Assembly: GCA_026936335.1 (NCBI GenBank)
Contig: JAPMXV010000028.1
Location: 1 to 64,000, forward strand
DNA length: 64,000 bases
Direction: 5' to 3'
Source of the DNA: Mantamonas sphyraenae STR306
Taxonomy: Eukaryota > Protista > CRuMs
This document shows positions 1 to 10,453 of the stretch, one piece after another (the stretch's first letter is position 1; each line of letters opens with the position of its first letter). Both the position numbers and the translations under genes were made by a program. The notes beneath the pieces were generated by a model. It worked only from the letters and a program-made list of their open reading frames with translations, ran no database searches and was not told the DNA's origin.

Positions 1-131
1 CTAACCCTAACCCTAACCCTAACCCTAACCCTAACCCTAACCCTAACCCTAACCTAACCCTAACCCTAACCCCTAACCCTAACCCTAACCCTAACCCTAA
101 CCCTAACCCTAACCCTAACCCTAACCCTAAC
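1..131 (+). repeat. Telomeric repeat array (CCCTAA)n, left chromosome end
   Basis: About 21 tandem CCCTAA units (TTAGGG on the minus strand) with a few CCTAA/CCCCTAA variants at the very start of the window. Confidence 0.98.
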
Positions 132-394
132 TCTATTCTATGTTGCTATGATGAGTCCGGTCTATGATATGTGAGTTGTGCTTGTGTCTGCTGGCGGGGT
201 TGCTGGGTTGGGTGGTAACATGGGGCAGTGGGCAATGGCTGGGAGTGGAAATGTTGCTGATGAGTGGCCGTCGACCTGCAACGCCGTGCAGTCAGCACTG
301 CCCTTCCGCCTTCAACCAAAATATCACCAACACCCACAACACCCTCCACCAGTCCAACACATTTCACATACACTCTCGTACCACCACCACCACC

Positions 395-1559
395 ATGGAC
401 AAAGACTACTCGAGCACTCCGAAGCGACAACACACACCCAACACCTACCCAGCGTGCGTTCTGCCTTCCACTCCGTTTTCTGGCTGCCCGCTTCTCCCGC
501 TTCCTTGCCCCCTCCATGCCTCCGTCGCTTCCCTGGTCGCCTCCCCTGCATTTCCACTTCCCCATCACCACCGCTGCTGTCTTCTCCGCTGTTCTCCGAT
601 CCCCTCTCCCCTGTCACTGCCCTCCCCGTTGCCATTTTCTCCCTCTGCCAATCTCCTCCGTTTTCCCCTCTCTGCTCGCTCCAGCCTCCCTTCACCCCCG
701 CTTCTGCTCTGACGGCGTCCATTCCGCCTTCCACTCACCGTTCCCACCCCGCCCTGCCCCTCCCTTCCCCTCCCACAGCTACGCGTACATGGGCCCTCCC
801 ATGGCTGCCCAGCCGTTTCCGAACATGCTGCCCACCTCTGGCGTACAAAACCCGTACCAGCACCCACAACCACCCATCATCTGGGTCCCTGTCAACACCC
901 ATCCCCAGCAGCACCACCAATATGCTTACCAGGGTCATACATACTTCGCCTACCCTCCTCCGCCGCCTCCTCAGCCGCGACAAACCGCCCAGATGCACTT
1001 TGTTCAGCCTCCGTTGCACCCTCCGCCTGCTCAACCCACCACAAACCACAACCGCGTCCCCAAACGCATCAGCCCTGCCTTTGTCGGCATCACACGGACC
1101 ACATCCACCACCACATCGTCGTCCTCCTCCCACCAGGGCACACGGCAGACTGGAGACAGCGACGACGACGACGCAGACCAGGACGCACACACACATGACA
1201 CCGGCGACGTGGAGGACCTGATGTTCCTGAACTTTGGCCACCGTGAACCACGGTCAATCACCAGCAAGTCAGAGTGGATGACCAGCTCAGGGATGGAGGC
1301 ATACGAAGAAGAAGACGAGGCAAACGACGCAACCCAGCAGCACGTGGACGACGAGTTGGAAACTGGGGGCCCACTCTTCATTGCAGAGACTGGTGATGCC
1401 ATGGATGAGGAGTACATGCCGCAAGACGACAGCGATGACGACACAGACGACATCGAACAGGAGGACACGGACGATTGGCAGCCGGAACGCACAAGCAGAG
1501 GCCGCACACGACGACGTAGAGGTAACACCAGCCGACATACTGGTCGCCAAAAAAGATGA
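395..1559 (+). CDS. Telomere-abutting orphan gene, N-terminal part (Pro/Gln/His-rich, then acidic, then Arg-rich)
   Basis: ATG 395 (MDKDYSSTPKRQ...). Intron 454-778 (GTGCGT...CCCACAG) splices in frame to YAYMGPPMAAQPF.... TGA at 1557-1559 overlaps the ATG of the next ORF (ATGA). Confidence 0.55.
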
Positions 1560-3964
1560 AAGGCAGCGGACAGCGCAGGCTCAGGGTCACGGCTGGCAGT
1601 GGCACAGAGACAGGAACGTCGAGCACACGAGCAAGGAGGGCCAAGAACGGAGACATCGGCGCACGGAAGAAAGCAGGCGTGGACAAGACGAACAAGTTGC
1701 CAGATGGTGTTGTGCGCAAAGGGTGGACAAAGGGAATCAGCGACGAGCGCAGCTGCAGCAACAAGAAGGAGCACACGGCACTGCTGAAGCACATACACAC
1801 TCTGGCCATTGAGTATCCCATTGACGACATCGCCGACCTCGTGACCCTGCAGGCGCGTGTTGTGGTCTGCCATGGCACCCTGCGCACGCTGTTCCAACAG
1901 ATCCTGCTCGCTCTGGGCAACTTTCCCCTCTCCCAGGGCGACATGGCCTTCTGCCTCACCCTTCTCGGCCGAGATGTTAATCGACATGCGTGCTGCGCCT
2001 CCATCCCCCACGCTGGTCTGGCTGTGGGTGTGACAAAGACTGGGTTGAAGGTGTGCTGGCTGGAGGAACCACACGACCACGGCGACCCCAACTACGCCCT
2101 CCTCCACCTGCTCATGACAGAGATGGACACTCTCGGCGACAGGACCCATCCAACCACCTGGGAGGAGCACAAGCAGACCCAGCTGTGGCTGCAGAAAGCA
2201 CGACGCCCTGCTGACAACGACAGCGACCCACACTGGACACAATGCGACTACGACCACCACCTCACCACCACCAAGGTTGACAAGTGGCATCCTGAGTCTG
2301 TGCGTAGTGGCTGGAGCAGTGCTCATCCCAGTGACGAGCGTGGTAGCTGCACGGCGCGGGAGTTCCAGACGCTGTTGGCACACATGAAGGCACGCGCAGC
2401 CAAGTACCCTCGCCATCAGCACACACACGAGCACCAGACACTGCGTGAGTTGATCAGCAACGGCAATCTGCAGTCCCTGCTGCGACACGTCCTCCTGGCG
2501 CTGGGCAATGTTGGCGTGCCGCCTGTCGACCTGGCCTTCTTTGTCCGCCTCTTCAGGCCACACCTCACCTACAAGCAGGTACGCGATGCCATCAGCAACA
2601 CCCTCGCCCGTGGCGTCACCTCCGTCTCCCTCAAGATCGCCTGGCTCGACAACCCCCAACCCAGCGACGCCACACTGCACACCCTCCTCCACACCCTCAT
2701 CGACCGCATCACACCCCACATCACCACCCGCCCCACAACCGTCGACGCAGTCAACGCCCTCGACATCCCCAAGCTTGTTCTGCCCGAGCCCACAGAGGAG
2801 GAGAGGTTGGCCGTGGAGGATGGACTGCCGGATGGCGTTGTGCGCAGTGGCTGGACATTCTGGCGCAAGAGCGAGCGCATGCACAGCAATAAGAAGGAGC
2901 ACACGGCACTGCTGAGGCACATGCACACCCTGGCCAACGAGCATCCCATCGACAACATCTCCGACCTGATGATCCTGCAGGCGCGCGTTGTGGTCTGCCA
3001 TGGCACCCTGCTGACGCTGGTCCGACAGATTCAGCTCACTCTGGGCAACATTCCCCTCTCCCAGGGCGACATGGCCCTATGCCTCACCCTTCTCGGCCGT
3101 GACATGGATCAGAATGCGTGCAGCCATGCCATCATCCACGCTGGTCTGGCCATGGGTGTGACAAAGGCTGGGTTGAAGGTGTGCTGGCTGGAGGAGTCAC
3201 ATGACCATGGCGACCCCAACTACGCCCTCCTCCACCTGCTCATGACAGAGATGGACACTCTCGTCGACAGAACCCATCCCACCACCTGGGAGGAGCACAA
3301 GCAGACCCAGCTGTGGCTGCAGGAAGCACGACGCCCTGTTGACATCGACAGCGACCCACACTGGACACAATGCGACTACGACCACCAACTCACCACAACC
3401 AAGGTGGACAAGTGGCATCCCGAGTCTGTGTGCAGTGGCTGGAGCAAGACCGGAGACGAGCGTGGCAGCTGCACGGCGCGGGAGTTCCAGACGCTGCTGG
3501 CACACATGAAAGCACGCGCAGCCATGCACCCTCGCCATCAGCACGCACACGAGCAGCATGCACTGTGTGAGCTGATCAACAACGGCAGCATGCTGTCCCT
3601 TCTGCGACACATCATCCTGGCGCTGGGCAACGTTGGCGTGCCGCCTGTCGACCTGGCCTTCTTTGTCCGCCTCCTAAGGCCACACCTCACCTACAAGCAG
3701 GTGAAAAGTGCCGTCAAGGACACCCTCACTCGCGGTGTTACCACCCTCTCCCTCAAGATCGCCTGGCTCGACAACCCCAAACCCAGCGACGCCACACTGC
3801 ACACCCTCCTCCACACCCTCATCGACCGCATCACCCCCCACATCACCACACGTCCCACCACCCCCGCACTCGTCAACGCCTACCCCATCCCCTCCTTCAC
3901 CCTCCCCAAGCGCAAAGACCCTTCCTCCTCCTCCTCCTCCTCCAAACGCCAGCGCATCGAATGA
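1556..3964 (+). CDS. Unknown protein with an internal A-B-A'-B' domain repeat (possibly the continuation of 395-1559)
   Basis: 802-aa ORF with C-ending codons. Two ~376-aa near-identical units, each made of two diverged sub-repeats. Confidence 0.75.
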   Translation: MKGSGQRRLRVTAGSGTETGTSSTRARRAKNGDIGARKKAGVDKTNKLPDGVVRKGWTKGISDERSCSNKKEHTALLKHIHTLAIEYPIDDIADLVTLQARVVVCHGTLRTLFQQILLALGNFPLSQGDMAFCLTLLGRDVNRHACCASIPHAGLAVGVTKTGLKVCWLEEPHDHGDPNYALLHLLMTEMDTLGDRTHPTTWEEHKQTQLWLQKARRPADNDSDPHWTQCDYDHHLTTTKVDKWHPESVRSGWSSAHPSDERGSCTAREFQTLLAHMKARAAKYPRHQHTHEHQTLRELISNGNLQSLLRHVLLALGNVGVPPVDLAFFVRLFRPHLTYKQVRDAISNTLARGVTSVSLKIAWLDNPQPSDATLHTLLHTLIDRITPHITTRPTTVDAVNALDIPKLVLPEPTEEERLAVEDGLPDGVVRSGWTFWRKSERMHSNKKEHTALLRHMHTLANEHPIDNISDLMILQARVVVCHGTLLTLVRQIQLTLGNIPLSQGDMALCLTLLGRDMDQNACSHAIIHAGLAMGVTKAGLKVCWLEESHDHGDPNYALLHLLMTEMDTLVDRTHPTTWEEHKQTQLWLQEARRPVDIDSDPHWTQCDYDHQLTTTKVDKWHPESVCSGWSKTGDERGSCTAREFQTLLAHMKARAAMHPRHQHAHEQHALCELINNGSMLSLLRHIILALGNVGVPPVDLAFFVRLLRPHLTYKQVKSAVKDTLTRGVTTLSLKIAWLDNPKPSDATLHTLLHTLIDRITPHITTRPTTPALVNAYPIPSFTLPKRKDPSSSSSSSKRQRIE
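1697..3880 (+). repeat. Intragenic tandem duplication, ~1.13 kb unit
   Basis: 1697-~2760 matches 2825-~3880 (LPDGVVRKGWT vs LPDGVVRSGWT; identical CCCAGCGACGCCACACTGCACACCCTCC). Confidence 0.9.
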
Positions 3965-4000
3965 ACCATCCTTTCATTCACACATCCTCCCCACTCACCC

Positions 4001-4043
4001 ACCTCACCTCACCTCACCTCACCTCACCTCACCTCACCTCACC
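4001..4043 (+). repeat. (ACCTC)8 microsatellite between convergent stop codons
   Basis: acctcacctc... array directly visible. Confidence 0.9.
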
Positions 4044-4044
4044 T

Positions 4045-6206
4045 TCAATCCTTCTTTCCTTTCTCCTTCTCCTTCCCCTTCCCCTTCCCCTTCTTCCCAT
4101 CCTCCTGCAACTCAAACCCATCCAACACCGTAGCACGCACCTTGTCAATCGCCTTGTCAATCGCCTTGTCCGTTTTGTCAATCACCTGCGCAAACACGGG
4201 GCTCTTCTGTGCCAGCTTCCTCACCTCTGCAGCCGTGCTGCCCCGCACACGCAGCTCCTCTTGCCGTGTGCGCTGCAAATGCGGCGTCTCCACCAAAATG
4301 ATCAGCCAGCAATGCAGCAGCTGCGACCCCACCGCCAGCGCCAGTGCGTGTGCACTCCCAGACGCCACAGCCAGCCCGTAGTACCCCGCGTACCCGAGGG
4401 ACGCCGCCGGGTGATCCAACCAGTGGTAGATGCCCTTGTACACCAGAGGGTGCGGGATGTGCGACAGCCAGATGTCCGCGTAAAACACGCCCCTCTCTCC
4501 GAGCACGTCGATCACCTCCATGTTCACCAGAAAGTGCACGCCAACCAGAATCAGTCCGATGATTTGTCGCAGCAGCCACCCGCTGTCCAGCGCTTCTGGA
4601 AACTCGTAGTGGCTGATTGCCACTGCCACTGCGCTCGACGCGCAGCTCAGTGACACCACACTGTACACCGCCTGCCATGCCTGATACGCCTCCGCCAGGC
4701 CCAGTCCTGCCGCCTCAAAGCGTTTCGAGATGATCTGCGACGTGCTCTGTGCATGCAGCACCCATCCCAGCCCCACGCTGTGCACAATTTGCCACACCAC
4801 TGCGTGCAACAGCCAGAACAGGCGCGACGTCGAGTTGGTCGCAAACAACATCACCTGGTAGATCACCAGGATGCCCATCAGAATATGTGTCGACCGGTAC
4901 GGAAGCTGATGACGAACCAGCACGTCCTGCTTGAAGTACTCGTCCATTTCCGCAGCCGCTTCCTTTGCGTCCGCCTCATCCTCGTCCGTGCCGTACGTCC
5001 TCTGGATATGCGGCTGCTCGGTAAACACCAGAAACAGTCCCTGCATCAGATGCATCCCCAGTGCCACAAACGCCAGGCCCGTCGAGCGAGCAATTAGGCA
5101 CGCCCCGTAGCACCAGATGTACCCTGTGATGCCCCACACGCATGTGTTAGCCTCACCCCACTTCAACACACACCTTCCTTCCACAACTTACCCAGCCCGT
5201 ACATCGCATGGGGTGCCAGAGCTGCCAGCAGAGTGTCAGCAAATAATCCTCCCTCGCCTCACTCCTCCCGCTCCCTCGTGGCCCCACCCCACCCCACACT
5301 CACCAAACACGCCCTCGTTGCACAATTCAAACGTTCCTGCCTTGAGAAAGAAAAAATCGCCCCAGTCTGTGCCCCAACCGCGTCAGCGCCCCACTCTCCC
5401 AGCCGCAAATGGCCCCCCAACCCCTTCCCCGACTCCCGCTCCGCCAGCGCCACACTCTCTCTGCGCAAACCTACACCACGCAAACGACCCGATCCTGCGT
5501 GCTGCATCCACCTTGGCCCACCAGCCGCCGTAGCACAGCAGTACTCCGCCCACGTAGCCGCATGCATCAAGGAACGTGAATGGCTCGGGCACCTGGATGG
5601 ATGCCAGGGACAACACCACAAATGCGGTAAAGTCGTTCACCAAGCAGATGTCCGCCAGGTGGCGGAACAGCAGCCATGCATTCAGTTGTGCCGGATTGGC
5701 CTAAATTCGGCGCCCGTGACGTGTCAGCCGCAATTCCAAGCGCCCATCCCCCCGACTTCCGCTTTCCCGGCATTCCTTACATCAAACGAATACGCTGCGC
5801 CGTCGTTCACACGCCGCATGTGGTCCTCCACAATCCACACAAGCAGCCGCTCCACCCAGCCCCGCTTGCCCTTCTCCGCAAACGACGCCATGTATCGCGT
5901 CAGCTTCTGCTCTTTCGACTGCCAGCTCAGCAGGAAGCCCAGCCCCACGTTGTACCCGATGCGCCAGATCAAAAACAGCCCGATGTACACCCACCGCGGC
6001 AGGTCCATAAACAGAGTCGCCACATGCATTGCAGACAACGCCAGCGTCACAACCACAGGCAGCGACCACCTCGACGGATGCTTCAGCGTCGCCGTCACGT
6101 CCTCCACAACCGGCACCACAAATGTCGAGCCGTCCGGCAGCAGGCCCAGGTCTTGGACGCCCTTTCCCTGCCCTTGCCCTTGCTTCTCGTCCTTCTTTCC
6201 CGACAT
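4045..6206 (-). CDS. CHO2: Phosphatidylethanolamine N-methyltransferase (CHO2/PEM1-like, two PEMT domains), 5 exons
   Basis: Motifs WRIGYNVGLGFLL, NAWLLFRHLADICL, AKVDAARRIGSFAW-YWGDFFF, APHAMYGLGY, FTEQPHIQRTYG, GVFYADIW, GIYHWLDHP, VETPHL. Four GT-AG introns between ~5130 and 5780 restore the frame. Confidence 0.85.
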
Positions 6207-6290
6207 GCTCTCGGAAAAAGTCACCTTGCGGTTGCGAGTTGGCTTGCCTCGCCTCTCGCTGCGCAGGCCCACCCAAAACTCACACTACGC

Positions 6291-8066
6291 ATGTCTGGCG
6301 GCGGCACACACCGGAGCACGTCCTCGTACTCACAGCCGCACAGCTTCCTCTACGGCTCCTCGCCGTCCTCCCTGGACTTTGGCGCAGACACGTCCGCGTC
6401 ATCCTCCGCCTCTTCCTCCTCCTCCTCCTCCTCCACTGCCAGCACCTCAAAATCAACCACCACCTCCTCCACCACCTCTGCCCTTCGCTCTCTCTCCAAA
6501 GTTGACGAGATCCTTGGCCGCTCCTCCATGCGCACTTCCTCCTCGCCCCCTGCCGACCGCGAGGCCTCCCCGTCCTCTCCCGAGCCCAGTGTCTCTCAGC
6601 TCATCGAGATGAGCCGCCATTCGCAGCTCACAACCTCTTCTCGTGCATCTGCCTCCTCTTCCCCATCCGTCCTTCCCTCCACTACTCCCAGCCACGCCGA
6701 CGGCCCCGCCGTGTCATCCGGCGCGCGTCTCTCCAACGGCAACAACAGCTCCTCACGCACCTCAGCCTCCACCAACGCACGCACCACCGCAAACACATCT
6801 GCATCATCATCCTCATCCTCTCCGTCCAAACGTGTCACCCTCGAGGAGCGTGAGTCTGCTCCCTCTCTCACAAAGCAGGTCCGTGCCCAGCGTCACCTTA
6901 GCCGCTTCATGCGCGATTCCGAGTCAGACTTTTTCACACACGACGACGACGACGACGACGCAAGCGACGACGCAGACGACGATGACAGCCTCGGCCTCTC
7001 CACAACCAACGCCCACAAGCGCTGGTCTCGCAAAGAGATTCAGCGCCTGGCCACCGATGACGAGGTAAACCACCAACCCCTCCTCCGCAAACCCCCGCTC
7101 CCTCACGCCTGCCTCTCTCCCATTCCCGTCGCCTCCGCCCGTCTCCACCCCACTCACACTCTCACTTCCACCCTCCTGTACCCTTTCCAGGCCTACTACA
7201 CCGTCGTCTCCGCTCTCCAGGACCAGCTGCTCGTAGCCCAAGACGAGCTCGACTTTGACAACGCAGAGGCCCTCACAGCAGAGATCAAGGACATCCGCAA
7301 CAGGACCTACGAAGCAAAGAAGGAGCTCCTCGCCAAGGAGTACCAGGCCTGCCAGCGCGAGCTCAAGGTCCTCGAGGAAGAAGACTTTATCAATTTCCGC
7401 TCCGATTGGGAGACGCGCGAGCGAGAACTCCTCGACCGCCTCGTCCTCTCCCTTGAGGAAACCAAGCAACGGCAACAGTACGAAGTGGACGAGCTCGAAA
7501 AGAAGCTTGCCCAGCAGCTCCGCTCCGCACGCTTCCGCCCCAGTGCAAACGCAATCGACCTCGAAAAGCGCGTGCGCGCCCTCATGAAGGCCAACCGCTT
7601 CAGCGAGGCCAAAAACGAAAAGGCCCACCTCGAAACAACCGTCAAGAAGGAGCGCCGCGAATGGGAGACACGCATCAGCGACGAGTTTGCCCGCTCCCGC
7701 AAGTTGCTCGACAAGAAGCACCAGCGCGAGCTCGACCGTCTCAAGGCCAAGCACGAAGACACAAAGACAAACTTTACCCTGCAATACGAAAAGGCCGAAA
7801 AGCAGTGGCAGCAAAAGTGGAGCGTCCAGGAACGTTCTCTACACGACAAGTTTGTCCACCGCCGCAACGCCCTCGCCGGCGAAAAGAACTCCTACAAAAA
7901 GGCTGCCATCACCCCTCGCACAAGCTCCGGTCCCCGCTCTCGCTCGAGTGGCCGCCGCTCATCTGCAGGTTCTTCCTCCTGGGCTAGTCCCTCCCGGAAT
8001 TCCCCGCTGTCACCCATGCTCCGCTCTCCCCAGTCCTCCTTCAGCCGTGGCGGACCCCGCTTCTGA
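6291..8066 (+). CDS. Ser-rich N-terminus plus long coiled-coil protein with a UVR-like motif; function unknown
   Basis: ATG 6291. In-frame intron 7065-7190 (GTAAAC...TTCCAG). LQDQLLVAQDELDFDNAEALTAEIKDI resembles a UVR motif, followed by E/K/R heptads. Confidence 0.7.
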   Translation: MSGGGTHRSTSSYSQPHSFLYGSSPSSLDFGADTSASSSASSSSSSSSTASTSKSTTTSSTTSALRSLSKVDEILGRSSMRTSSSPPADREASPSSPEPSVSQLIEMSRHSQLTTSSRASASSSPSVLPSTTPSHADGPAVSSGARLSNGNNSSSRTSASTNARTTANTSASSSSSSPSKRVTLEERESAPSLTKQVRAQRHLSRFMRDSESDFFTHDDDDDDASDDADDDDSLGLSTTNAHKRWSRKEIQRLATDDEVNHQPLLRKPPLPHACLSPIPVASARLHPTHTLTSTLLYPFQAYYTVVSALQDQLLVAQDELDFDNAEALTAEIKDIRNRTYEAKKELLAKEYQACQRELKVLEEEDFINFRSDWETRERELLDRLVLSLEETKQRQQYEVDELEKKLAQQLRSARFRPSANAIDLEKRVRALMKANRFSEAKNEKAHLETTVKKERREWETRISDEFARSRKLLDKKHQRELDRLKAKHEDTKTNFTLQYEKAEKQWQQKWSVQERSLHDKFVHRRNALAGEKNSYKKAAITPRTSSGPRSRSSGRRSSAGSSSWASPSRNSPLSPMLRSPQSSFSRGGPRF

Positions 8067-8115
8067 ACAAAAACCACCATCTCCATTTGCTCTCTCCCCC
8101 CCCCCCTTTCACTCA

Positions 8116-10388
8116 TCACTCATCACTGCTCTTCTTCTTCTTCTTCTTCTTCTTGTCGCTCTTCTTCTTTGAGCTCTTCTCCTTCTTCCCGCTGCTGCTG
8201 CTGCTGCTGCCTCCTTCCTCCTCATCATCATCCTCGCTGCCCTTCTTCTTCTTCTTCTTCTTGTCGCTCTTCTTCTTCGAGCTCTTCTCCTTCTTTGCCT
8301 TCTTCTTCTTGGGCGTCTTCACCTCCTCCTCCTCCTCCTCATCCTCATCGGCGTCCTCCTCGTCGCTTTCTGCCTCGTCCTCGCTTTCCTCGCGCTTCCT
8401 CTTCTTGCCCCCCTTCGCTTTGCCCTCCAACGTGCTGTCTCCAGCAGCGTCGTAGGCCCCCTTGGCCATGCCTGTGCCGTAGTCAAACGCCCCCTTCACC
8501 TTGATGGCGTTGGCGTTGATCGACTTGAGGCTTCGTCCTTCCAGCGCCTCCAGCCTCTGCTCCACCTTTTCCCGGTCCTCCAACCCAATCGTCGGCTCGT
8601 CTTTGTCTCCCAGCGCGTCCACACGCACAGACAGCGCCGCCTTGGCCGCGAGCACACGCGACATCTTGCCCTTGTTCTTTGGCGCCGCCTGGCCCACCAG
8701 CGACGCATGGTAGATCAGTCCGTACTTCGGCGTCTCGTGCTTCGTCTTCAACGCCCTAAACAGCGCCTTCTCCGCGCCCAGAATCTGCACCGTACTCGCA
8801 GGCTGCTTTGCCAGGTTGATCAGCGATCCCGCGTGCGCAATCAGACGCGCACCCACAAGCTCTCCCACAAGCACCGTCAGGTTCGGCGCAATTGCGTTCA
8901 TGCGGTTCTTCAGATACTCCGACAGCTGGTTGCGGTACTCGGAGATGCTCACAATCTGCTCGCTCAGCTCCTGGATGTTGCTGATGTCCTCTTCCGCCGC
9001 CTCCGATCCCATCGAGATGATCGACGCCGCCTTCAGCTCCGTTTCAATGTCCTCCGGAAGCACGTCCGACAGGTCCGTCTCCTGGCAGTTGCTGCGGTTG
9101 CCCATCTTCAGGATCATCTTGGCGTACTGGATGTTATCCGTCACAATCTTGCTTGCCTCCGGAAAGTGCCACCCGTACCACTCGCGCACACGCATGCAGT
9201 ACGTGTTCAGCTCCTTGTCCAGGTCGTCGAGCAGGTTGATTGCCTGCACAATCATCGTGTCCACCTTATCCGGCGAAAACTTCAGCTTGTAACGCGACAG
9301 TGAGTGCGACAGACCCAGCGACATAGCAGACAGCTGGCCCTCGCTCCCCTTGGCTCCCAGCAGCCCAGCCAGCTGCGAACGGATTCCACGCATCAGCTCG
9401 TTCACCGCGTCTCCGTGTGCAATCTCAATCCCCAGCTTCTTCTGCAATCATCCGTGCGCACATGCCGTGTCAGCTTTCCCTCTTTGCCCCGTCTCTCTCC
9501 ACAACACCCCTCTCCACATCCACGCAGCCGCGGGTCTTTGCACGCCGACCCTGCATGCGATTTCCGTCCCACACGACTCCCGCCCCCAAGGCACTCCCAC
9601 ATGCCCCTGCTTCCTCTCTCACCATGCACCCTTGCCCCAGCCCTCCCCATGTCTCCATCAACTCTCTCCTCCTCTCCCTGCCTCGCTCCCCTCCTGCCCC
9701 TCCCCACACCCGTTTCCTCCAACGCCTTCCTTCCCCTCCATCCCCTCTTTTCACCGTCTCCCGCTCTCCGTCCCCTCGCCCACTGCCCACTGCCCACTCC
9801 CCGGTCCCGTCTCAACGCCTCTCCTCCGCCCTCCCTCCACCCGCCAAACTCACGTTGATCTGCTTGCCCAGCTTGGCGTCTGCCACAGCCAGCACCGACC
9901 CGTCCTCGCCTTTCAGGGCCGACTTGAGAAACTTTTTCAAGCCTTTGCTCAGCTCGCTCTCCACAAGCGCCGTCGTCGCCGCCAGAGCCTCTGTCGTGTC
10001 CTCAAACTTCATAAACTTGTGCAGCTTGATCCTGTGGTGTGTGCACGCGTACGCAGTCCATCGTTAGGCCCCCGTTCCCATCTACCCAGGCCCGTGCATG
10101 TGCTCAGCCGCCCACAACCCCCTTTCCATTCCTTCCCATTCCCTGCCAAACTCACATCGACTTGGCAGACTCCACATCTGCAAACTCCTTGTGCAGATCC
10201 TTCACTTCGCTCACAACATCGTCGTCCACTGCAGCGCAAAAGCACACGCACACAGGTGTCAGTCCGCGCACCCCAGCAAAGCCCCTTAACACCAGCCGCT
10301 CCTCCACCACCCTCTCTCCCCTTTCCTTGCGGCGGCACACACCTTTAAACACGGCAAAGCCCGCGGGGTTCTCGAAAAGCACAAGCAT
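8116..10388 (-). CDS. NOP58: Nucleolar protein 58 (box C/D snoRNP core), 4 exons
   Basis: [15 protein letters not shown] start; [32 protein letters not shown]; [27 protein letters not shown]; K/E-rich tail. Three GT-AG introns, the last 9442-9853. Confidence 0.95.
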
Positions 10389-10453
10389 CACTCCGTTTCC
10401 TTGGCCAAGCCGGAGCCCCAACCACCAAAAAAACCCACTACTCGACACACACC

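Noticed and set aside
240-290. CTGATGAG resembling a hammerhead ribozyme core near the telomere
   Set aside because: No stem II followed by GAAA and no compatible flanking helices.
395-3964. Telomeric retrotransposon (two-ORF layout next to the telomere)
   Set aside because: No RT, endonuclease, gag knuckle or poly(A) tail, and the gene appears to carry a spliceosomal intron.
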